Part shown: one piece after another, positions 48,094-57,600 of the stretch
How the letters are laid out: each line of letters starts with the position of its first letter
Numbering within the stretch: position 1 is the first letter of the stretch
From: Crocinitomicaceae bacterium
GTDB taxonomy: Bacteria > Bacteroidota > Bacteroidia > Flavobacteriales_D > Crocinitomicaceae
NCBI GenBank assembly: GCA_033791225.1
Contig: JASJHD010000008.1
Coordinates: forward strand, 189,814-253,813
Direction: 5' to 3'
DNA: 64,000 nucleotides
Position numbers and translations under genes: made by a program
The notes under the pieces: model-generated
What the model saw: only the letters and a program-made list of their open reading frames with translations
Database searches by the model: none
Told to the model about the DNA's origin: nothing

Positions 48094-50811
48094 TTATTGG
48101 ATAATTTTGGCTCTAAAGTTAGAAAACGTAAAAGTCTTTGACGAATTATTCCATAAATACATTTTGAAGGAACGGCCGTCTTCGAGTACAGGTAATAAGT
48201 AGCCGTCTGCAAAGCTTGTTGATTCTTCCGAGTAGAGTAATTCATGCATGGGTATTGTTGTAGCGAAGAGGATTCGATCTTCTATTTTGGTTTCGATCAC
48301 TACATAAAAGTCTTGAACCCCGACTGATTCATGCACGTTCATTCCGAACAACAGTTGTCCTTTTAAATCAGTCAGTCCATAACTGTTCAAATCAATGTCG
48401 AAGTATCCTTTAGATGGAATGACATGCTGTGTAGTGTCAATGTCGTATTTGCCCCTTGAGAATATAAACGATCCATCTTGTTCTATCTGTTCATCGTTGA
48501 AGAAACTTAGAATTGACAACAGTTTTGGGTCAATATCCATGTTGCAATCAGTAAGAGTAATCTCACCTTGATTCTCATTTGCGAAACGGTAGACCTCTTG
48601 ATAATCTTCTGTGACCAAATTGGAATTGAACTCCACTATTTTTTCACCACTGACCAATTTAAACCCTTCCGATGGAGTTGGACCAAAGCTTAAATAGCGT
48701 GCAATGACTAAGACGAAAACAACTCCAACCAGAATAAAACGATTTCTGACAGATCCTACTCTTGATTGTTGAACGAAGTAGATGAGGAGTATTGCAATGA
48801 ATCCAAATGTGCTCAGGTAGTACAACCATTGAATTCGGTCATTTTCATACATGAATTCGACAACTGACCTGCCTTCATTGAGCACAACTCCTTGTTCAAA
48901 TACATTGACGTCAACAATCTTTGCAGCCTCTCCATTTACTTGTGTAATCCACCCTGGAAAAGAGCCTTGTTGGTAAATGAGGGTGTCTCCTGAATGAGCA
49001 TTAAGTACTTCAATCTCTATCCTGTTCGGGCTAAATTTCCTAATGTTTTCGGAACCACTTACGCCAGTCAAATACACCATGGAATTATTACCTAATTCTT
49101 CGTTTAATGGAGCATTCTCTATGTGCACATCGTCACGCCCTGCCAAATGAAAGGAAGAATAACTTTCAAGCGTTGGGAGGTTTGTGAAGTTCCCTTGGTT
49201 TCTCCAAATCGAAGCATAGATTCCTTGTTGTAGGTTGTGCCCCATAGTGACACCATTGTTTGGAATAAAAAAGCCTTCTTTCTTGGTCGATAATTGATTG
49301 TCTAACGTGGCAACCTTATATTCACCGTGAACAGTAACAGGCATGTTGAATTGAGAAATAATCCCCAGTTCTAGCACCACAAAAAGTAAAACAACCGATC
49401 GAGATTGTCGTTTCAATAAAATCAACAAGAACACCAGTAAGAGAACTGCGTGTCCAATGGATTGCAAGAGAATTCCAGCGCTCCAGCCCATTCTTCTGAA
49501 CGTATATGCCCATGACCCATTGAAGGCTTCACTCACTATTTCCCAAGAATCGGAACTGATAATGGCACTCACCCCGTAAAACACAACACTGATGGCTACG
49601 AAAATCATTAGGTGTTTTTGTTTCCCTTCTTGCAAGTAATTCTGAATTCCGAAACACACCAAGATGAGTAAAGCTATCCATGTGAAGTAGCGGAAAAAAG
49701 AAGCGTAATAGAATTGATCACAACCCGGAACGAACTTATAGAAAAAGGGCTGGACCGGTGTGTATGGTCCAAGAGCCGCTAGGCCATAAATGAAGCCGAA
49801 AATAAGTAAAATGATAACTGTTGGAGTAAGTCGTTTCTTTAATCCACGGATGGCATATAGTATAAAGAAGAAAGATAAAACTCCTGAAAAAATGTTCTGC
49901 GCCGATCGTGATGTTCCTTGGTATTCTTCCTGAACAGAAGCCAATGGAAATATGGAGGACCCCAATGATTTAGGGTGAAAATGAATCAATTGTGATTCTT
50001 CCAAAGTTAAGCCTGAAAGCCTTGATAAATGCGGGAAAACTTCTGATAAGGAGACAACAATTCCTGCGAGTAAAAGAGCTAACCCCGCAAAGGTCCATAA
50101 ATGGCCAATCACGAATCGCTTGAGCCGTTCCATTTCTTTTTTCCGGATGAAATCAATGAGATAATAGCCGCCAATTGCAACCACTACATAAAACAACATG
50201 ATCGACACGGCCTGATATCCTGCTGCGAGCATGAGGAACATAAACAAGATCAATCCGACAATGTCTTTTCGATTAAAATCGCTGTTCAGGGCTTTTATAT
50301 ACGAGCCCAAAGCCCAAGGCAACCAAACCGCTCCGAGAATAGAAATCATTGACTGGCCGTGCCCTACAACAATACCCGAAAGCATAAACAATACACCGCC
50401 AATAAACCAAACCGATTTATCGAGCTTGAGTTGTTTAAGTAAGAATCGGAAGCCCAATCCGCCTATGGCAAGATAGAACAGAAACAACCAGTGCAAAGTG
50501 CTTACATTGAATCGGGTGAACAAGGAAACAAGAAATAATTCAGGGTTCCAAATAGAGTACTGATGATCGGCATAAAAAGGATAGCCTCCGTCTTGAAATG
50601 GATTCCATAACGGTACCATTCCTTGTCTTAATGATTCCGAACCATAGAATCTCCATGGTAAATACACATCGATGGCATCGTATTGGAGGGCATAAATTCC
50701 TAAAGAAATCGGCCACATAACAATAACTGCAATCAAGAAATAAAGCAGAAAAGGATACTTCTCCGACAAGTACTTGACAACGGTCTTGCTACTGTTCCAA
50801 AAATTTCTCAA
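48094..50811 (-). CDS. YfhO family membrane protein (GT-C-like)
   Basis: The 905-aa protein has an N-terminal DAIDVYLPWRFYGSESLRQGMVPLWNPFQDGGYPFYAD segment, about 13 TM helices and a large C-terminal extracytoplasmic domain. Apparent TTG start. Confidence 0.75.
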   Translation of the reverse strand: MRNFWNSSKTVVKYLSEKYPFLLYFLIAVIVMWPISLGIYALQYDAIDVYLPWRFYGSESLRQGMVPLWNPFQDGGYPFYADHQYSIWNPELFLVSLFTRFNVSTLHWLFLFYLAIGGLGFRFLLKQLKLDKSVWFIGGVLFMLSGIVVGHGQSMISILGAVWLPWALGSYIKALNSDFNRKDIVGLILFMFLMLAAGYQAVSIMLFYVVVAIGGYYLIDFIRKKEMERLKRFVIGHLWTFAGLALLLAGIVVSLSEVFPHLSRLSGLTLEESQLIHFHPKSLGSSIFPLASVQEEYQGTSRSAQNIFSGVLSFFFILYAIRGLKKRLTPTVIILLIFGFIYGLAALGPYTPVQPFFYKFVPGCDQFYYASFFRYFTWIALLILVCFGIQNYLQEGKQKHLMIFVAISVVFYGVSAIISSDSWEIVSEAFNGSWAYTFRRMGWSAGILLQSIGHAVLLLVFLLILLKRQSRSVVLLFVVLELGIISQFNMPVTVHGEYKVATLDNQLSTKKEGFFIPNNGVTMGHNLQQGIYASIWRNQGNFTNLPTLESYSSFHLAGRDDVHIENAPLNEELGNNSMVYLTGVSGSENIRKFSPNRIEIEVLNAHSGDTLIYQQGSFPGWITQVNGEAAKIVDVNVFEQGVVLNEGRSVVEFMYENDRIQWLYYLSTFGFIAILLIYFVQQSRVGSVRNRFILVGVVFVLVIARYLSFGPTPSEGFKLVSGEKIVEFNSNLVTEDYQEVYRFANENQGEITLTDCNMDIDPKLLSILSFFNDEQIEQDGSFIFSRGKYDIDTTQHVIPSKGYFDIDLNSYGLTDLKGQLLFGMNVHESVGVQDFYVVIETKIEDRILFATTIPMHELLYSEESTSFADGYLLPVLEDGRSFKMYLWNNSSKTFTFSNFRAKIIQ

Positions 50812-50880
50812 TCCCTTGTGCGTTTATGAATATTGGGTTCGGGTGTTGCTAAAGATAGTTGTTTGCGTGTAAATCGTTGA

Positions 50881-51582
50881 TTACGCTTTTACTTCATGGT
50901 CTGGGAAATCCGAAATCTTCCAAAGCCCCATGCTTTTGTCTGTGAATTTTTTGCCTTCTGTGCATTTCTCATTGAACACATACAAAGGTTCGGGGAAATT
51001 AAAAGGCGCTTCCTGAAAATTTAACCATCGCCAACCGCCAGTAACTATGTCCATATTTTTGGTCTTCTCAGGGAAGGTTGTCGTTAGCAGATAGGTCGAA
51101 TTACTTTTCTTAATGTTATTCAAGGCTTTCAAGATATTTTCCTGAGACAAATGCACGAAACAATCACGTACAAACACAAGATCGTAAGATTCCATGGAAT
51201 CTGAAACCAAATCCAATTGAATGAAGTTCTTCTCTGGATATTTTTTCGCTGTGCGGTCAATTAACTCTTGTACAATATCTGCTCCTGTGTACTTTATATC
51301 TTTCAGATCTACTTGGCTTATCCAATAATGATCTCCACAAGGTGCATCTAAAATTGATTTAATGTCGAACTTCTCAATGATTTTTGGTAATTCTCCACGG
51401 ACAACTTCCGTTTGCTCAAGGTCAGAGCCTTGTCCTGAAACCGATTCATCGCCTTCCCAACTATTGGACGCATAGATAGAATCAAATACCTGTTGGGTTG
51501 ACTTATCCTTGTATTTATAGCGTGCATAAACGTTAAAAAACGTAAGCACAAAGGGAAAGTACTTTTTGAGGAATTTTCTCAT
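50881..51582 (-). CDS. Class I SAM-dependent methyltransferase
   Basis: Motif I (SILDAPCGDHYW) and the post-I acidic residue (YTGADIV) are present in a 233-aa protein. Confidence 0.75.
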   Translation of the reverse strand: MRKFLKKYFPFVLTFFNVYARYKYKDKSTQQVFDSIYASNSWEGDESVSGQGSDLEQTEVVRGELPKIIEKFDIKSILDAPCGDHYWISQVDLKDIKYTGADIVQELIDRTAKKYPEKNFIQLDLVSDSMESYDLVFVRDCFVHLSQENILKALNNIKKSNSTYLLTTTFPEKTKNMDIVTGGWRWLNFQEAPFNFPEPLYVFNEKCTEGKKFTDKSMGLWKISDFPDHEVKA

Positions 51583-51620
51583 GAATGAGGTCTAAAGGTA
51601 GCAGTTCTAATCATACACTT

Positions 51621-54600
51621 CTAACGCAACACATTCACATGTCCCGTTGCTGTATGGTCTTTATCACTCATCAATTCTTGAAACTGAATAGTCCAAGTGT
51701 AGGTTCCGCTTTGAACAAGGTGTCCCATATATGTTCCGTCCCAGCCCGAAGATACATCTGACGTTTCAAAAATCAATTCTCCCCAACGATTGTAGATTCG
51801 CATGACAAAGTTAAATTCATCAATTCCAGAAGTAAATACCGGTCGGAAGTCTTGATTAAATTCATCACCATCTGGTGTGAAAGTGTTCGGTACATAGTAC
51901 ACAATAACATCGTTGATGGAAACTACCGCTTGAACAGTATCGACACACACACCGTTGGTTGCAATTAGTGTTACGATGTAGTCCGCATCTGCGTCATCTG
52001 GGAAAATATGGGTAGGGTTTTCCTCTGTTGACACTGATTCATCTCCGAATATCCATTCATACGTAACCGCATCCACCGAAGTGTTTTCGAAATCGACCTC
52101 TGTGTCAAAGATATCCAACTCGTACTGATCAGCAATAAAACCAGCTAATGGAGAATCAAACACGGCGATATAATCTACGTACTCCAAGGTGTCAACACAG
52201 CCAAATACATCCGTGATGTTCAGCTGAATAGTAAAGGCCCCACTTTCATCAAAAACATGCGTAACACTAGTACAACCTGAATCAAACTCACCATCTCCAA
52301 AACTCCACTCACAGTTGATCGGGTCTCCAAGGGATACATTGGTAAAGGTTACACTCAGTGGAGAACAACCACTTAGCGTGTCTGCTAAAAATAGCGCTTG
52401 TGGGTTTAGATGTACGTTCACGTTTACATCATCTGTCGCAATACAACCATCCGCACTTGTTGCAGTTACCGTATATGTTGTAGTAACAGCAGGAGTAAAT
52501 TCTACTCCATCGTTAACTGCATTGTCCCAAGCGATTGTTGCACCACTTGGATTGATTGCTGTTAAAGTCACTGATTCTCCTTCACAAATTTCTACACTTG
52601 TACCGGCGTCGACAGTAGGGAGTGGATTAACGGTCACATTCGTTATTATTAAACTATCACAGCCTCCCAAACCAGCAAACTGCGAAGTATATACTTCGTC
52701 AAGTAGTATGTTGGTGTGTGTAATCCCATCTGGATAGGTAAAGTCGTCTCCTTCACATATCGCAACGTCAACAGTTGTTGAATATGTTGGAAGCATTGTA
52801 ACATTGGTCGTGATTATTGAATCGCAACCATTTATTGATAGTAAATCACTGATATGAGTAACGTCGACTAAAATGGTTTCTACCGTACCATCAGGATAGG
52901 TATACGCCTCATTTTCACACACCGAAACAGCATCTATGGTGGCATAAACAGGATTCATTGTAACGTTAGTAGTAATGATTGAATCACACCCAAGTGCTGT
53001 TGTTAAATTGCTTACATGAGATGAATTTGCTATGATTGTCTCTACTGTTCCATCTGGGTAGGTATGATCATCCCCTTCACAAACTCCAACATCCACTATT
53101 AATGCGTAGACTGGAAGCATTGTGACATTGGTCGTGATGATTGAATCGCAACCATTTATCGATAGTAGATTACTGGCATGCGTAACATTCGCTAATATCG
53201 TTTCTACAACTCCGTCAGGATAGGTATAATCGTCATTTTCACATACTGAGACTGCATCTACCGAAGCGTATACCGGATTCATTGTAATGTTGGTAGTAAT
53301 GATTGAATCACAGCCCAATGATGATATCAAGTTGCTCACTTGAGTAGTATTTCCAAGGATGGTCTCAATGGTTCCATCTGGGTAGGTATAATCATCTCCT
53401 TCACATATCGCAACGTCGACTATTGCTGCGTACGTCGGAAGCATTGTGATGTTTGTTGTAATTGTTGAATCACATCCATTTACCGAAAGCAGATTACTAA
53501 CATGCGAGACGTTCGCTGTGATCGTTTCAATGACTCCATCAGGATAGGTATAATCATCATTTTCACACACTGAAACATCATCCACAGACACGTATATTGG
53601 GCTCATGGTAACATTGGTTGTGACAATAGAATCACAGCCAAGCACTGAAGTTAAAGTACTCAAGTGAATTGTATTACCAATGATTAGCTCCACTGCTCCA
53701 TCTGGGTATGTATGGTTTGTGTTCTCGCATACGGATGTATCTTCAATACTACTTTCCACTGGGTAAACGACAACAGAATCCATAGTCCCAAGGGCTTGTG
53801 GACAATTTCCATCATCGATTGAATCGAGCAACAAGACTTGATTCACGGATACAGCGGGAATGATAATGGTTCCTACTCCACCTGTTAATGTGATAGTTTG
53901 ATTCGCTCCACCATTGATCGAATAGGTAACTAAGGCATCAACGGCACCTGTTAAATCGAACTGTGCATCCTCTCCATCACAAATAGGCCCGTTATGCGCA
54001 ATTAATACAGTTGGAATTGGATTTACAACTACAGTCGCTGTCGTTCCAAGGGTGTTTGAACAATGGACGTCCCCAATGGAAATTAGGTTCATTGTTAAAT
54101 CAGTCGTGACATTGTATACCGTAACATACATCGTGTCACTTGTAAATAATAAGGTTGAATCCAAACCGCCAAAATTATAAATCAGGGTAGCGCCGTCATG
54201 TCCAATAATTGAGAAATAGGCAGAATCTCCAGAGCAAATAGGTCCATTCGTAATCACTTCAGCATCCGGCATGTGGTGTTCTGGAATATCAAATGTTACT
54301 GTCGATGAACATCCTAAAGCATCCGTAGCCGTTACCCAATATGCACCTTCAGCAAGTCCTGTAAGCGTTGGGCCAACATCTGTAGTGCTCCAAGTAAACA
54401 CAATTGGAGCAGCTCCGCCTGAAGCGTTTGCTGTTGCTTCACCATCAGTAAATCCTTCACATGTTCCAGTTAAGGATTGAATATATACCACTGGAACACT
54501 TGCAGATGGGAAAACATCAATGCTATCCGTTATTGCACAACCCGTTGTAGCATCCGTAATCGTTACCCCATAATTGGCAAATGGCAATCCAGTAATCGTT

Positions 54601-57600
54601 GAACTCGTAACGCCATTTTCAATAATTCCATTGTCCCATGAGAAATTGTATAATCCTGGAGAACTCACAGTTGCAGTAGCTGTACCATCATCTGAGCAAA
54701 GGACATCTGTTGAAGACATCGTTACTGTAGGGAATTGGTTTACTGTTACGGTGAAGTCGATAGAAGTTGGACAAGAAACTATCATTTGCCCGCCAACTAT
54801 CGTCGTTGAATATACTGTCGCAGTATAGGTTGTTGTTGTCAAAGGATTAACGCTTACACTCCCAATTCCCGCTGGAACAAGGCCTGTTGTTGGTGACCAT
54901 ACCACAGAATCCGTTGGCGCTAAACCAAAAAGAGAAAGTACGGAAGACTCTCCTTCGCACATTGTAACGTCTCCAGAACCACCTACAGCTGGTACCGGCA
55001 ACACATGCAAATAAACAATATCTGCAGGTGCCATTCCACAACAATCAGTTGTCATCACCATAGAAATTGTGAAAAATCCAGGTGTATTGAATTGACTTGT
55101 TACTACTTGTATATTCCCTGGATTTGGAATTGCTCCGTCGAAATCCCATAAATAAGTATCACCGTAATAAAGGCTTTCAAATGTTGCAAAATCACCTACA
55201 CATAAAATAAATGTATCAGGCGTTAAGGCAGGTGCCGTTGATATAATTTCAGGTATAATATTGTTTGAAAAAGCAATGTTATGGAATCCTGTATAGGTAT
55301 CCACACCGGCAATAATATCGTATCTATCGACTACGGAAAATTGAGTCGTCACCAATGCTCCAGTTGGGCTTTGTGGCGTTGCATTTCCTGTGAAATTCCA
55401 TGTTACAGATCCTGGTGCTGTAAAATCAACATCCGTATCTGTACAGTTGATGTTTTCTGCTGTGATTGTCGGCTGTGTCGTTAATCCGAAGTTGGTAATT
55501 GACGTTGCAAGTGCACTTCCGCCTCCAGTATATGTTTGACTGGTCTCTCCTGGCTGACCGCTTCCACCGTCACCGCCATTGCCACCTTTTCCTCCGATAC
55601 CGCCGTCACCGCCACAACCAACTTCACCTCCAGTATATGTTGAACCGTTTCCTCCATTCCCTCCATTTCCTCCATTCCCTCCAGCACCCGCTGTACCTCC
55701 AGCACCAAGAGTCCCTGAAGTCAAATCAGAATCTATAATATTTCCATTTGTACCGTTCAAGAATAAATAAACCGCAAATGAAGAACCTCCTCCAGTTCCA
55801 CCTGCTCCCGCGGTTCCAGCCTGTCCGCCACCGCCGCCGCCGCCGCCACCTGACCCATGACCATCGATGCAGAAAAGTCCTCCTTCACCAGCACCACCGC
55901 CACCGCCGCCTCCGCCAGCACCACCGGTTCCATTCGTTCCATTTCCTCCAATTCCTCCTGGAGTCCAAAATCCTCCAATATGTGCTCCAGCAGAACCTGC
56001 AGCTCCATTCGTTCCATTCGCACCAGCTACTCCGTTTCCTGCATCATTCCCTGATTCTGAAGATCCACAGTTAACACTACTATTACAACCACTTTCTTGT
56101 CCAGCAGTTCCTGAAGCTCCACCTCCTCCGCCACCGTTTCCGCCGACTCCACCATCACGGTCTTCACCTCCACCGGAACCACCGCCTGCGCCACCGCCTC
56201 CGTTTATTCCAACTGGAGCACCTCCAGCTCCACCATTAAATGCATTTACACTGCAACAGTTTCCGCCGGCTCCTGCATTAGCAGCACCGCCACCATTTCC
56301 GCCGTTTCCACCACCGCCACCATTGTTGTCGTCGTCGTTATTTCCATTTTGACCTCCTGCGCCATTTACACCGGTTTCCCCAGGTGCTCCTAAGGATCCG
56401 AGTATGCCTTGCGCAGCATCTCCAGAGAATATTTGGCATCGCACAATGTTGTAATCACCACACGCTGTTAGGTGTAGACCATACGTTGACATTCCTGGTT
56501 GATTTCCATTGTCTGTGGTAACAGTTAAGTCTTGCAATCTAAATCCAATACTTCCATTTGCATAGAACGCGACTAGACGCTGACCATTTACCGGTCCTTC
56601 AGGGTTTGCAGATGTTCTATTAATGGTTGTCGCTCCAGGTAGACTTGTTTTTGTCCATCCTGCTCCTTGATTAAATCCACCTTCCAGTGTCACAAAACTC
56701 CCTATTGTAAGAGCGTTATCAATGTTGTATGTTCCAGTTGCCAACTTAATGACAGCATCGTTACAGGCCGCCATGTTAAGTCCTTCCGCTAAGGTTGTTG
56801 GTGCTGTTTGAGTTCCCGCCGCAGCAGCATTTCCCGTGGTTGAAACGTAGATGTTTACACAGCTAGGTAAGGCTGGAGGTGTTCCAACAGTTAAATATGC
56901 CGTGTCGGTTGATTGACATCCTGAAGTTGGATTAGTTACTACTAAAATATATGCATACGTTCCGGCTGTAGAAGGTACCGTAACCGACATTGTCGTTTGT
57001 GATCCCGCTACTGTTCCAGTGCCAAGTGAAGTCATCGCTGGATCGAACCATTCGAAATTCATTCCTACTTGATCCGTTGTACCTGTTAGCAAGAAGTTTG
57101 CTCCAGCACAAGCATCAGCTGCATCAGGAAATACGTCCGCAGCTGGATCAGACAATACCGTAATCATTGCAGCGTCGGTAGATGTACAGCCATCAGTATA
57201 AGTTAGTGTAACAGTATAAGAAGTTGTGGAGCCAGGGGTTGCATCTGTTGTAGCGTTTGCCGGATTAGTTAAGTCTGTAACAGGTGTCCATTCATAAGAA
57301 GCAATTGTCAATGGATCTGCCCCGCTAGTTGCATTAAGAATAACTGTTTCCCCCGCACAAATACTTTGGTCCAATCCTGCATCTACAACAGGGTGCGGAT
57401 TAGGAACTACATTAATTGTATAAACTGCTGTGTTTTGTCCAATCAAAGGACAAGCGTCATCTTCTGATGTAATGCTAAACGGATAACTTCCCACGTCTCC
57501 AATAGAAGTGCTCCAACAGAATGTTCCAACAGGGTTTGTTGGTGTTCCGCCTAAATTAAACACTGCCCCAGGTATTGAATTGTCGTATACCATACTCACC

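Noticed and set aside
52620-53745. Regularly spaced 162-bp repeats that could superficially suggest a CRISPR-like or satellite array
   Set aside because: The repeats are contiguous with no spacers, in frame, and encode a conserved two-Cys protein module inside a single long ORF. No cas genes are present.
55867-56352. 161-aa proline-rich ORF on the + strand (PPPPPPAPPVPFVPFPPIPPG...)
   Set aside because: It is the antisense reading of the GGN-rich glycine segment of the giant minus-strand adhesin (GGN reverse-complements to NCC). It has no independent start context and lies entirely within a far longer, motif-supported CDS.
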